From NCBI GenBank assembly GCA_963704165.1, contig CAVPHD010000009.1:1-64000 (forward strand): a DNA stretch of 64,000 nt, read 5' to 3'. The notes below the pieces were generated by a model that worked only from the letters and a program-made list of their open reading frames with translations, was not told where the DNA came from and made no database searches. Within the stretch, counting starts at the first letter, position 1; every line of letters starts with the position of its first letter. The translations under genes and the position numbers were made by a program. The DNA comes from an uncultured delta proteobacterium. Its GTDB lineage: Bacteria; Myxococcota_A; UBA9160; SZUA-336. Below, piece by piece: positions 22,311-33,515 of the stretch.

Positions 22311-22771
22311 GATCTACACAGTTCCGCGTCATCCTGTTCGGACTCCTGCTCGCCGGCGCAATGATCGCGGCCTCATCCGATCCCGCGAAGCCGGCACTCG
22401 ACGCCCAGTTTCCGGCCGGCCGTCTCACGCTGCCACTCGACGCGCTCGCCGAGGCCTACCCGCTCGCTCCGGGGAAGGATTTCCAGGTCACCGAGATCGG
22501 GCGCGATGCGGGCACAAGCCACCACGCGGTCTGGATCGTCGATCGCGAGATCCCCCATCGCCACGACCGGCACGACCTCGTCGTCGTCATGCTCCGGGGT
22601 CAAGGAACGATGCGGCTCGGCGACGAGGAGCGGACCATCGGCGCTGGATCGATCCTGTACGTGCCGCGAGGGACACCGCATGCGTTCCGCAACACCTCCG
22701 GCGCACCGGCGCTGGCCTACGCGGTCTACGCGCCCGCCTTCGACGGCACGGACCGCGTTCCGGTCGACTAG
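22307..22771 (+). CDS. Exported cupin-domain protein
   Basis: Signal peptide; H.H...D and G...YVPRGTPHAF.N cupin motifs; ATGA overlap with the MFS gene. Confidence 0.8.
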   Translation: MRSTQFRVILFGLLLAGAMIAASSDPAKPALDAQFPAGRLTLPLDALAEAYPLAPGKDFQVTEIGRDAGTSHHAVWIVDREIPHRHDRHDLVVVMLRGQGTMRLGDEERTIGAGSILYVPRGTPHAFRNTSGAPALAYAVYAPAFDGTDRVPVD

Positions 22772-22978
22772 GGAACCTCCGCGAAACGCACCTCGCGAGT
22801 CGTGCCCAATGGGATTGGGGGTGAGGTGACGTCGAAGCAGCGGACGTTTGCATCGTCGGCATGGAGTCAGAAGGGGAAGGCGACGCGCCGAGAGCGGCTC
22901 TTGCCGAGATGGACGCGGCAACTCGGTGGAGTCGACGGCTCGGTCAGTTGCGCACAGGGGGCTTGGCGCGGAGGTGCC
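22772..22978 (+). mobile_element. Internally deleted IS5-family element remnant
   Basis: Left end GGAACCTCCGCGAAAC after CTAG. Right end TTGGCGCGGAGGTGCC is an imperfect inverted copy. The enclosed peptide (from 22826) KQRTFASSAWSQKGKATRRER..AEMDA resembles the N-terminus of IS5-group transposases. Confidence 0.7.
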
Positions 22979-23126
22979 CCGATGAGCGTGACAACTCCGG
23001 TCCGCGGTTTCGCCCGAGAGTCGCGAATTCGCTTTTTGTAGTGCTCACGTGATACATCTGCGCAACGACGGCTCGGACAGCGCGTTCGGTGGTCGCCCTC
23101 TGTCGATTCAGTGTTGGAGCTATTCT

Positions 23127-26100
23127 GTGGTGACACGGCGCCCGCGCGCGATCGCGACCCTGACCATGGTCCTGCTTTTCGCGGCAGACACGAGTTCGGC
23201 GCAGGTCACCCCCGGCCGCCAGCGCGTCGAGGCCCCGCTCGTCGCTCCGGCCGATGCCGGTGCCATCCTCTCGACGGGAGCGGGTGCGCGAGCCCGGGCG
23301 GCGGCACCGCTTCCTGCTGCGGCACTCGCATCGACGGCGGGCTCGCCCGAGATCGCCGCGCTGGCGCGGGGTCTCGAGAACGACGTCGATCTGATCTTCC
23401 AGCACGTCTACGAGCACATCGGGTATCTGGCGATCTACGGATCGCTGAAGGGCGCGAGCGCAACGCTGATCGAAGGCAAGGGAAACGACTTCGATCAGGC
23501 CTCGCTGCTCGTCGCGCTGCTCCGCGCGGCCGGGCACACCGCGAGCTTCGTCCACGGGACGATCCGGCTCGACCCCGCGCAGCTGACGAGTTGGTTGGGC
23601 GTGCCAGCGAACCCTTCCGTGCTGGGCACCCTGTTCGGCTCGGCCGGAATTCCAGCCCAGATCTACACCAACCCGGATTCGAGTCTCGCCTTCGTCGACG
23701 TCGATCACGTCTGGGTGAAAGTCGACATCGGCGGCACGTTCTACGTCTTCGACCCGTCGCTCAAGACGCACATCGTGACGGCGGGCGTCGATCTCGGCGC
23801 GGCGATGGCCTACGACCAGCCCACGTTCCGCGCGGCTGCGCTCTCCGGTTCCACCGTCGTCACCGACTACGTGCAGAACATCCACACCGCGAACCTGCAC
23901 GCATCGCTCGCGACCCATTCAAACAACCTCGCCACGTACGTCCGAACGAACCTGCCCGACGGTGGGCTCGCGGATCTGATCGGCGGTCTGGCGATCGAGC
24001 CGCTCGGCGCCGCCCCGATTCGCGACCTCGCGCATCCGAACGAGCAGGCGGTGACGGCCGAGTGGACCGAGATCCCGAACACGCTCCGCGCGACGCTGCG
24101 CGTGGAGCACCTCGGAATCGATCAGACGCTCTTCTCCGACGAGCTGGGCGGCAAGCGGCTCACGATCTTCTACGACGACGCCACGAACCAGCCGACCTTG
24201 CGGCTCGACGGCGCGGGGCTCGCGACGGGCTCGGCCGCGACACCGGGCACCATCCAGGCCGTGACGCTCACCGTCGACCATCCGTACGCCGGGTTCGCCG
24301 GCACCTATGGCGACGACTCGCAGATGCTCTACGTCCGGGCCGGCGGCGACTACATCGTCGCGAACGGTTGGGGTGGCACTTCGGAAGGGCTGGTCGAGCA
24401 TCATCGCCGGCTGCTCGAAGCGAACGTGCACGCGGGCGGCGTCGCAGATTCGGAGCCTGTCCTCGGTGAGAGCCTCGCGATGATCGCGTTCTCGTGGCTC
24501 GCCGAGACGACCCGTTCGAACGAGATCGCCGATCGCATCTCGGACCTCGTCACGGTCCACCATCACACGCTCGGCATCTCGGGACAGAACCAGAGTCCGT
24601 TCCTCGACATGCCGATGGCGTTCGTCAGCGTCGTGAGCGGCGCGGGCGATGCCGCTGCGGCCACCGCCGGCTTCTTCAACGGAAGCGGACATAGCAGCGC
24701 CTTCGAGTGGGGAGTCATCGATCAGCTGCAGCCGCCGCACTCGGCCGTCTGCACCGTGAAGGTTCTCGACCTCGCCAACACGCAGTCCAATCGGATCTTC
24801 GATGCGGACCTCGCCAACTACTACGTCAGCGTCAAGCCGCAACTCGTGAATTACAGCGCCTTCGAGACCGCATCGGTCGAGGCGTACATCGACGCCGGTT
24901 ATCGCGTCATCCTGCCCCAAGACGGCGACCTCGGCGAAGCGAGCTGGAGTGGCATCGGCTTCATCGCCATCACGCCGAGCGAGAACGCCGCCGCCTACAT
25001 GATCGCGGGTGGGCTCAAGGGCGGCTTCGGCACCGACCCGTGGACGGCCGGCGACATGGACACGACGCCGGATTCCTCATCGGACGATCACGAGCAGAGC
25101 GACGAGCCGATCGATCTCGTGACGGGGAACTATCTTTACGAGCAGACCGATCTCTCGGTGGGCAGTGGGAACCATCCGTTCTCGCTCGAGTTCCGACGCC
25201 ACTACAACTCGGCGAACCGCTATCGCCCCGATCCGATGGGACTCGGCTGGAGCCACAACTTCGAGGTGCAAGCCACACCGGGGAGCGACGGCTTCGAGGG
25301 CATGGGGCGGGACTCCGCACTCGACGCGGTCGCGGCGATCGTCGAGCAGTACATCTCGGCGGATCTCCTCCACGGCCCGAAGACGGCCACCAACATCGTG
25401 ATCACGACGCTGGCCCATCGCTGGTTCATGGACCGGTTGATCGACAACGTCGTCACGGTGTCGGAGCCGGGCAACGCCGGCGCGTACACGCTGCTCGCTG
25501 ACGGAAGCTTCAACCCTCCGCCGGGGCTCGCGAGCACGCTCACCCAGCAACCCGATCTGAGCTACGAGCTCCGCACGAAGCACGGTGTCGTGCTCGACTT
25601 CGAGGTCGACGGCAGCATCGGAAGCTGGCAGGATCCGAATGGCAACACGGTCACGTTCAACTACGTGACCGGCGTGCTGCAGAGCGTGAGCAGCTCGCTG
25701 GGCCGGACGCTCTCGTTCAACTATACGGGCGACCTGCTCACCCAGGTCAGCGACGGCAACGGTCGGAGCTTCGGCTACGCGCACGACGCCGTCGGAAACC
25801 TGACCAGCGTGACCGACGCGACCGCCGCGAGCGCGACCTTCGAATACGATTCGGATGGGCTGCTCGCCCGGATTTTCTATCCCGCGAACCCAACGGCCGC
25901 GTTCGTGAGCAATCTCTACGATTCGTTCGGCCGCGTCGAGACGCAGACCGACGGCGCCGGCAACGTCTGGACCTACTACGTCTCGGGGCACCGGTCGAAG
26001 GAGCTCGACCCAGCCGCGGAAGCTCGGATCTGGCACTTCGACGCCGCCGGGCGCATGACGAGCGCCTTCGATGCGCTCGGATTCGAAACCACGTACGAAT

Positions 26101-28700
26101 ACGACGGGCTCCAGCGGCTCGTGCGCCGAACGTATCCCGAAGGCAACGCGACCGCATTCAGCTACGACGAACGCAGCAACGTCCTGACCGAGACCCTGCA
26201 TCCGAAGACGGGGTCGCTCGAGCTGCCGATCGTCTGGAGCTACAGCTACGAGCCGGTCCGGAACCGGATCCTGACCATCACGAACCCGCTCTCGCGCGTG
26301 ACGACGTACACCTACGATGCCGCCGGGAACCCGAACACGATCTCCCAGCCTGCGGTGGGAGGGTTCGTTCCGTTGACGACGCTCGTCTACGACGCGCGCG
26401 GCCAGGTGACGAACGTGACGGACCCGGAGAACCGCGTCACGAGCTACGCCTACGCTGCCGCGACCGGAGATCTCCTCGCGCGCACCGTCGACCCGGGTGG
26501 GCTCGCGCTCGTGAGCCAGCGGGTCTACGACGCCGTCGGCAACGTGATCCGGGAGGTCGATCCGCGTGGTCATCCGATCGACTTCAGCTACGACGCGATG
26601 CGGCGACTCACGAGTCTGTCGAGTTCCCCCAGCGTGCCGCTCAACGAGTACGCGTACGACGCCAACGGCAACCTCGCCGCGATCGGGCGCCCCTTCATCG
26701 GCGTCGGCGCGCAGGTCACGCTGCTCGGGCACACCGTCACCAACAAGCGCGACTCGGTCGTCGATGCGGCGCTCAACCCGCTCGATCGGCAGTTCGACGT
26801 CCTCGATCGCGTCTCGGCCGAGACCGACGCGCTCGGTCGGACCACCGGGTTCGCCTACGACGAGCGCGGCAACCTGTTCCGGAAGATCGATGCGGTGCTG
26901 AACGTCGAGGAAGAGCGCACGTACACGCCGAACGGTCGCGAGGCGAGCCTGCGCGACGCGAACGGGAACCTCACGGTCTTCGGGTACGACGACTTCGATC
27001 GTCTCGCGAGCAAGGTCTATGCGGACACGAGCGCGGAATCGTTCGTCTACGACGCGATGGGCAACCTCGTGCAGCGCACGACCCGCGCATCGGAGACGAT
27101 CGGCTTCGCCTACGACGAGCTCGATCGCCTGGAACAGAAGACGCTCCCGGGGCCGGCGGTCGTGACCTATGCGTACGATCTCGCCGGCAAGCTCGAGGAC
27201 CTGACCGACGCGACCGGTACGATCCACCAGGTCTGGGATGCGGCGGGCCGGATGACGAGCGTGACCCGGCCCGACGGAAGGACGGTCGCATACCAGTACG
27301 ACGCCAACGACAACCGGATCCGGACGACGCATCCCGACGGCTTCTTCGTGACCTACGAGTACGACGGGCTCAACCGGATGATTGCCGTGCGGGATTCCGC
27401 GGCCGCGCCGATCGCTTCGTTCGGGTACGGAGCACCCGGCGACTTCGATCACGCACTCTCGAGGCGCGTCTCCGATTCACGGGGCAGCGGTGTCGTCGTC
27501 ACCAACTACACGCGCGAGATCGACGACGATCTGACCTCGGTGCAGCACGTCTGGAACAGTGGCGGGGCGACGTTCGCGTACGCCTACGACGCGGTGCACA
27601 AGGAGATCTCGAGCACCGTCAGCGACTCCGCCTTCACCTACGATGCCTCGACCGACGTGACCAACGCCTACGTGCCGAACGCTCTCAACCAGTACGCCTC
27701 GGTCGCGGGCACCGGCTACTCGTACGACGGCAACGGCAACCTCACGTCGGATGGCGTGAGCACCTATGTGCACGATGCCGAGAATCGCCTCGTCGCCGCG
27801 ACGACTCCGTCTCACGCGGCCTCCTACGGCTACGATGCCTTCGGACGCCGCAGTCAGAAGACGGTCGATGCCGTCGTCACGCGCTACGTCTACGACGGCA
27901 ATCGGGTGATCGAGGAGCTCGATGGAGCGGGCGTCGCGCAGCGCCGCTTCGTCTATGGCCCCGGCCTCGACGAGCCCGTCGCGATGGTCACACCCGGCGG
28001 CACCTACTACTACGTCTACGACAAGCTCGGCAGCGTCGTCGCACTCACCGATGCGACGGGGGCGCTCGTCGAGACGCATGCGTACAGTCCATTCGGGCAG
28101 GTCGCGGCGGCGAGCACCGTCGGCAACCCCTACCTGTTCACCGGCCGCCGCCTCGATCCCGAGACCGGTCTCTATCACTACCGTGCGCGAAACTATCACG
28201 CGGGTCTCGGCCGCTTCCTCGAGGTCGATCCCGCGCGGCACCTCGGCGGCATGAACCTGTATGCGTACGTGCAGAACGATCCGCTGAACTTCCTCGATCC
28301 GTTCGGCCTGTTCCGCTTCGGGAAGCGCCCGCTCAGCGGCGCGCCGTGGATTCCCGGCGGCTCGTCGAACCCGATCGACAACTACTTCAACACCGAGATC
28401 AGCCACGAGCACGGGTTCTTCGAGGATGGCTCCGGCGAGAACATCGGCTTCGGGCCCGACGGCCGGTTCACGGAGGATCCGACGGACAAGGGCTATCGGT
28501 ACGACGACACGTACTACGACGACGCGCTGATCCGCGAGGCGCTGGGCAACATCGGGGACGGGGAATACTCGCTGCTCGGCTGGGGCGATCCGGTCAAGAA
28601 CAACTGCCAGGACTGGGCGGAACGGTTGCGCAACGAGTACGAGCGTCTGCATCGAGAACGCGAGAACACGGACAGGCAGGATTCGGAGAAGGGAAAGTAG
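23127..28700 (+). CDS. Rhs/YD-repeat polymorphic toxin-like protein with signal peptide, transglutaminase-like N-domain and ~129-aa C-terminal tip
   Basis: GGAG RBS + GTG; hydrophobic leader; GNDFDQASLL...HVWV...FDPS; DEPIDLVTGN; many YD repeats; Rhs core FTGRRLDPETGLYHYRARNY...DP...NLYAYV.NDP.N..DPFGL. Confidence 0.92.
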   Translation: MVTRRPRAIATLTMVLLFAADTSSAQVTPGRQRVEAPLVAPADAGAILSTGAGARARAAAPLPAAALASTAGSPEIAALARGLENDVDLIFQHVYEHIGYLAIYGSLKGASATLIEGKGNDFDQASLLVALLRAAGHTASFVHGTIRLDPAQLTSWLGVPANPSVLGTLFGSAGIPAQIYTNPDSSLAFVDVDHVWVKVDIGGTFYVFDPSLKTHIVTAGVDLGAAMAYDQPTFRAAALSGSTVVTDYVQNIHTANLHASLATHSNNLATYVRTNLPDGGLADLIGGLAIEPLGAAPIRDLAHPNEQAVTAEWTEIPNTLRATLRVEHLGIDQTLFSDELGGKRLTIFYDDATNQPTLRLDGAGLATGSAATPGTIQAVTLTVDHPYAGFAGTYGDDSQMLYVRAGGDYIVANGWGGTSEGLVEHHRRLLEANVHAGGVADSEPVLGESLAMIAFSWLAETTRSNEIADRISDLVTVHHHTLGISGQNQSPFLDMPMAFVSVVSGAGDAAAATAGFFNGSGHSSAFEWGVIDQLQPPHSAVCTVKVLDLANTQSNRIFDADLANYYVSVKPQLVNYSAFETASVEAYIDAGYRVILPQDGDLGEASWSGIGFIAITPSENAAAYMIAGGLKGGFGTDPWTAGDMDTTPDSSSDDHEQSDEPIDLVTGNYLYEQTDLSVGSGNHPFSLEFRRHYNSANRYRPDPMGLGWSHNFEVQATPGSDGFEGMGRDSALDAVAAIVEQYISADLLHGPKTATNIVITTLAHRWFMDRLIDNVVTVSEPGNAGAYTLLADGSFNPPPGLASTLTQQPDLSYELRTKHGVVLDFEVDGSIGSWQDPNGNTVTFNYVTGVLQSVSSSLGRTLSFNYTGDLLTQVSDGNGRSFGYAHDAVGNLTSVTDATAASATFEYDSDGLLARIFYPANPTAAFVSNLYDSFGRVETQTDGAGNVWTYYVSGHRSKELDPAAEARIWHFDAAGRMTSAFDALGFETTYEYDGLQRLVRRTYPEGNATAFSYDERSNVLTETLHPKTGSLELPIVWSYSYEPVRNRILTITNPLSRVTTYTYDAAGNPNTISQPAVGGFVPLTTLVYDARGQVTNVTDPENRVTSYAYAAATGDLLARTVDPGGLALVSQRVYDAVGNVIREVDPRGHPIDFSYDAMRRLTSLSSSPSVPLNEYAYDANGNLAAIGRPFIGVGAQVTLLGHTVTNKRDSVVDAALNPLDRQFDVLDRVSAETDALGRTTGFAYDERGNLFRKIDAVLNVEEERTYTPNGREASLRDANGNLTVFGYDDFDRLASKVYADTSAESFVYDAMGNLVQRTTRASETIGFAYDELDRLEQKTLPGPAVVTYAYDLAGKLEDLTDATGTIHQVWDAAGRMTSVTRPDGRTVAYQYDANDNRIRTTHPDGFFVTYEYDGLNRMIAVRDSAAAPIASFGYGAPGDFDHALSRRVSDSRGSGVVVTNYTREIDDDLTSVQHVWNSGGATFAYAYDAVHKEISSTVSDSAFTYDASTDVTNAYVPNALNQYASVAGTGYSYDGNGNLTSDGVSTYVHDAENRLVAATTPSHAASYGYDAFGRRSQKTVDAVVTRYVYDGNRVIEELDGAGVAQRRFVYGPGLDEPVAMVTPGGTYYYVYDKLGSVVALTDATGALVETHAYSPFGQVAAASTVGNPYLFTGRRLDPETGLYHYRARNYHAGLGRFLEVDPARHLGGMNLYAYVQNDPLNFLDPFGLFRFGKRPLSGAPWIPGGSSNPIDNYFNTEISHEHGFFEDGSGENIGFGPDGRFTEDPTDKGYRYDDTYYDDALIREALGNIGDGEYSLLGWGDPVKNNCQDWAERLRNEYERLHRERENTDRQDSEKGK

Positions 28701-29251
28701 ATGGTGCGCCCGCTGCTTGCTCGGACATCGACGCGTTCCCACCGCCCTGCTGCGTGGACGGGCGCGGTTCTGACCCTCGCGCTGTCCGGATCGGGCTGCG
28801 TCCCGGTGGGCGTGCACCACCTCTACCACCTGCTCAATCCGCCGACCGACCTCTACGAGCCGATCGTCCGCGATGACAACTTCTTCGGCGTTGCCGGGGA
28901 GGAGCGAAGCTACCGTCTCGAACCTCGCTACGTCGATTTCTACGAGCTGGGTCTGCGTTCGCGCGGTGCGGCGATTCCGAAGACGTTCCGCTTCCAAGGT
29001 CGGGTACGCTTCGAGCTCTTTGTGGCGGACGAGCGCGTCGACTCGCAGGAGCTGACGCGCACGGTGTCCGCCTATCACGCGAAGGATGGCAGCGAGGGCT
29101 ACGCGCGGATCGCGCTGGCGTCGTTCGCGCTGCCCGCTTCACGGTGCGACGACGAGCCAACGACGATGCGGCTCACGGTCGTCGAACCTCTTGCCCTCGA
29201 CGACGCGATCGTGGGCTCGCTCGAGCTCTACGTCGCAGTGGCGGCCACCCC

Positions 29252-29255
<4 letters not shown>
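28701..29255 (+). CDS. Lipoprotein, candidate Rhs immunity protein
   Basis: ATG immediately follows the Rhs stop; lipobox-like LALSGSG-C. Confidence 0.7.
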
Positions 29256-29863
<608 letters not shown>

Positions 29864-29954
29864 GCCTGCGGACGCGCCTACTCGAAATGGGTGCACGCCT
29901 GCAGCACCGAACGACCCCATCGAGCGCTCGGGAAGAAGCCCCCGCTCCCTCGCG

Positions 29955-31484
29955 TCAGACCGGCCGGATTCCCCGCTTCTTGGCGGGAAGCGCATCCTCC
30001 GGACGCGCGCGGTAGTACGCGAAGCGGCGCAAGAGCTCGCTGCGCAGCAGGTCGGGCGGAACGATGTCGTCGACGACGAGCTCGGAGCCGAGCAGCTCGA
30101 GCTCGATGTCCGCCCGATACTCGTCGCGAAGCTTGTCGACGAGCGCGGGCCGCTCGGCTTCCGGTGTCGCTTGAATCCGGTTGTAGAAGACCGCGTTCAC
30201 GGCGGCGTCGGGCCCCATCACCGCGATCTGCGCACCCGGGAGCGCGATGCACGCGTCGGGCGCAAACCCGGGCCCGCACATCGCATACAGACCCGCGCCG
30301 TAGGCCTTGCGAACGATCACGCTCACGCGCGGAACGGTCGCCTCGGCGACCGAGCTGATCATCTTCGCACCCGCGCGGATGATGCCCTCGCGCTCGACCT
30401 TCTTGCCGATCATGAAGCCGGGCACGTCGGCCAGGTACAGGAGGGGCACGCCGTACGCATCGCACATCTGGATGAAGCGCGCGGACTTGTCGGCGGAATC
30501 GACGAAGAGCACGCCGCCCTTCCACTTCGACTGGTTCGCGATCACGCCGATCGGCTTGCCGTCGAGCCTCGCGAATCCGGTGACGACCTCGCGCGCGAAG
30601 AGCTTCTTCAGCTCGAAGAAGGAACCGGCATCGACGACGCGGTCGATCACCTCGAAGATGTCGAAGGGGCGATTCTCGTCCTTCGGGATCGACGCCTCGA
30701 GCTCCGCGGTCGGCTTCGCGGGATCGGCGCTCGCACGCTCCGGCAGCGGACCGAAACAGCTCGACGGCAGGTAGGACAGATACGCGCGCGCGCCCTCGAG
30801 CGCCTCGGGCTCGGTCTTGCAGAGCACGTCTCCGCACCCCGACACCGAACAGTGCATGCGTGCGCCGCCCATCTCCTCGAGGGTGGACTTCTCGCCGATC
30901 ACCATCTCGGCCATTCGCGGCGAGCCCAGATACATCGAAGCCGTGCCTTCGACCATGAAGACGAGATCGCAGAACGCGGGGATGTACGCCCCGCCCGCGG
31001 CCGAGGGGCCGAACAAGCAACAGACCTGCGGGATCAGACCCGACAGCCGCACCTGGTTGAAGAAGATCCGCCCCCCGCCGCGGCGGCCTGGGAACATCTC
31101 GACCTGGTCCGTGATGCGCGCGCCGGCCGAGTCGATCAGGTAGACGAGCGGCACGCGCAGGCGCTCGGCCGCCTCCTGAATCCGAACGATCTTCTCGACG
31201 GTTCGCTTGCCCCAGGACCCCGCCTTGACGGTGGCGTCGTTCGCCATCACGCAGACGGGCCGACCGTCGATCCGAGCCTGGCCGGTGATCACACCGTCGG
31301 CGGGAAGGTCACCCGCCTTGGCGTTCGCGAAGACGCCGTCCTCGACGAACGAGTTCGCATCGCAGAGCAGATCAATGCGCCTGCGCGCGAAGAGCTTCCC
31401 TTCGGCTTCGAGCTTCGCATGCGCGGCCTTCGAACCGCCTGCGCGAATGCGCTCGAGCTTCTCGCGAGATCCGGCACCGTCCAC
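29955..31484 (-). CDS. Acyl-CoA carboxylase carboxyltransferase (beta) subunit
   Basis: KLFARRRI..L.D, PADGVITG, LIDSAGAR, GPSAAGGAY, DVPGFMIG, RKAYGAG. Confidence 0.92.
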   Translation of the reverse strand: MDGAGSREKLERIRAGGSKAAHAKLEAEGKLFARRRIDLLCDANSFVEDGVFANAKAGDLPADGVITGQARIDGRPVCVMANDATVKAGSWGKRTVEKIVRIQEAAERLRVPLVYLIDSAGARITDQVEMFPGRRGGGRIFFNQVRLSGLIPQVCCLFGPSAAGGAYIPAFCDLVFMVEGTASMYLGSPRMAEMVIGEKSTLEEMGGARMHCSVSGCGDVLCKTEPEALEGARAYLSYLPSSCFGPLPERASADPAKPTAELEASIPKDENRPFDIFEVIDRVVDAGSFFELKKLFAREVVTGFARLDGKPIGVIANQSKWKGGVLFVDSADKSARFIQMCDAYGVPLLYLADVPGFMIGKKVEREGIIRAGAKMISSVAEATVPRVSVIVRKAYGAGLYAMCGPGFAPDACIALPGAQIAVMGPDAAVNAVFYNRIQATPEAERPALVDKLRDEYRADIELELLGSELVVDDIVPPDLLRSELLRRFAYYRARPEDALPAKKRGIRPV

Positions 31485-31497
31485 GAAGTTTCGGCCG

Positions 31498-32340
31498 CTA
31501 GTACGTGTAGAAGCCGCGTCCGGTCTTCGTACCCAGGTGGCCGGCCTCGACGCGCTTGGTGATCTCGAGGCACGGCTTGTGGTGGGGCTGGCCGAACTCG
31601 CGGTACAGCGAGTCGAGAATCGCCCAGACGACGTCCAGGCCGACCAGGTCCGCAAGCGCGAGCGGACCCATCGGGTGGTTGCACCCGAGCTTCATGCACT
31701 CGTCGATCGACTTCGCATCCGCGACACCCTGCTGCAGCGCGGTGGCGGCTTCGTTGATCATCGGCATGACCACGCGGTTCACCACGAACCCCGGCATGTC
31801 GCGCACCGCCACCGGAACCTTGTCGAGACGCTCCGCCAAGCCCGTGACGGACTGCGCGGTGGCGTCGCTGGTCTCGAGGCCGCGCACGATCTCGACGAGC
31901 TTCATCGCCGGAACCGGATTGAAGAAGTGCATGCCGACGAACTTCTTCGGCCGGCCCGAGAGCGTCGACAACGCCGTCACCGATAGCGAAGAGGTGTTGG
32001 TGGCGAAGATCACGTCCTCGTTGCAGAGCGCGTGCAGCTTCTCGTAGAGCTCGCGCTTGGTCTCGAGATCCTCGGGCACGGCCTCGAGCAGGATGTCCGC
32101 GTCCTTCATGTCTTCGAGCGCGGCGACGCCGCGGATGCGGCCGAGCGCGGCGTCGTGGTCGGCCTGCGAGATCTTCTCCTTCGAAAGCAGTCGACCGAAA
32201 CCCTTCTTGATCGCGGCGAGGCCCTTGTCGACCGAGGCCTGTTTGCGATTCCAGAAGATCACCGCAAAACCCGACTGCGCGGCGACCTGCGCCAGTCCGG
32301 CGCCCATCGTCCCGGTTCCGAGTACGCCAAGCGTCTTCAT
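31498..32340 (-). CDS. hbd: 3-hydroxyacyl(butyryl)-CoA dehydrogenase
   Basis: GTGTMGAG, EAVPE, TNTSSLS, GMHFFNP, PGFVVNR, HPMGPL. Confidence 0.92.
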   Translation of the reverse strand: MKTLGVLGTGTMGAGLAQVAAQSGFAVIFWNRKQASVDKGLAAIKKGFGRLLSKEKISQADHDAALGRIRGVAALEDMKDADILLEAVPEDLETKRELYEKLHALCNEDVIFATNTSSLSVTALSTLSGRPKKFVGMHFFNPVPAMKLVEIVRGLETSDATAQSVTGLAERLDKVPVAVRDMPGFVVNRVVMPMINEAATALQQGVADAKSIDECMKLGCNHPMGPLALADLVGLDVVWAILDSLYREFGQPHHKPCLEITKRVEAGHLGTKTGRGFYTY

Positions 32341-33515
32341 CAGCAGAGCTCCACGGCGAGCGCCACCGCTTCGCCACCGCCGATGCAGAGCGTCGCGATC
32401 CCGCGCCGCTTGCCGCGATCGCGGAGCGCGTGCAGGAGCGTCACGAGCACCCGCGCACCCGAGCACCCGATCGGGTGACCGAGCGAGACCGCGCCACCGT
32501 GCACGTTCACGGTTTCGAGGTCGATGCCGTGCTCCTTCGCGGCCGCCATCGTCACGCCCGAGAAGGCTTCGTTGATCTCGTACAGGTCCCAGTCGCCGGC
32601 CTTCGTCCCGGTCTTCGCGTAGAGATTCGCGAGCGCCTTCACGGGCGCGATCGTGAACCACTCCGGCTCCACCGCGGCCGTCGAGTCCGCGACGATGCGC
32701 GCGAACCTCGGCATGCCGAGCTCCGCCGCCTTCTCGGCACTCGTCACGATCAACGCCGCCGCGCCGTCGTTGATCGACGACGCGTTGGCCGCGGTCACCG
32801 TGCCCTCCTTCGAGAACGCCGGTCGCAGCCCCGAGAACTTCGACGGATCGCCGCGTCCCGGCTCCTCGTCCTGGTCGACGACCACCGCACCCTTCTTTCC
32901 GGCGATCTCGACCGGCACGATCTCGGCCTTGAACTTCCCGCTCGCCTGCGCCGCGCGTGCGCGCCGGTACGATTCGGCGGCGAACGCGTCCTGATCCTCG
33001 CGGCTGAAGCCGTACTTCGCCGCGACCATGTCGCCGCAGTTCCCCATGTGGAAGTTCTTGTACGGATCCCAGAGCCCGTCGTGGATCATCGTGTCGACGA
33101 TCTGGCCGTTGCCCATGCGGTAGCCGCTGCGCGCCTGCGGCAGCACGTACGGCGAGTTGGTCATGCTCTCCATCCCGCCCGCGACGAGGATCTGCGCATC
33201 GCCGACGAGGATCTCGCGCCGCGCGAACATCACGGCTTGCAGACCCGAGCCACAGACCTTGTTCACGGTGATCGCGCCGACCGAGACCGGCAGGCCCGCC
33301 TTGATCACCGCCTGGCGCGCGGGTGCCTGACCCATGCCCGCGGAGAGGACGTTGCCGAGGATCGCGCGCTCGACCTTCTCGGGCTCGATGCCCGCGCGCT
33401 TCACCGCTTCGCGAACGGCGACCGCACCGATCTCCGATGCGGAGAGCGCGCCGAGCGCACCCTGGAACGAACCGATCGGCGTGCGGCACGCGCTGGAAAT
33501 CACGACTTCCGTCAT
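32340..33515 (-). CDS. Acetyl-CoA C-acetyltransferase (thiolase)
   Basis: RTPIGSF, NKVCGSG, EINEAF, GHPIGCSG, CIGGG. Confidence 0.95.
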   Translation of the reverse strand: MTEVVISSACRTPIGSFQGALGALSASEIGAVAVREAVKRAGIEPEKVERAILGNVLSAGMGQAPARQAVIKAGLPVSVGAITVNKVCGSGLQAVMFARREILVGDAQILVAGGMESMTNSPYVLPQARSGYRMGNGQIVDTMIHDGLWDPYKNFHMGNCGDMVAAKYGFSREDQDAFAAESYRRARAAQASGKFKAEIVPVEIAGKKGAVVVDQDEEPGRGDPSKFSGLRPAFSKEGTVTAANASSINDGAAALIVTSAEKAAELGMPRFARIVADSTAAVEPEWFTIAPVKALANLYAKTGTKAGDWDLYEINEAFSGVTMAAAKEHGIDLETVNVHGGAVSLGHPIGCSGARVLVTLLHALRDRGKRRGIATLCIGGGEAVALAVELC

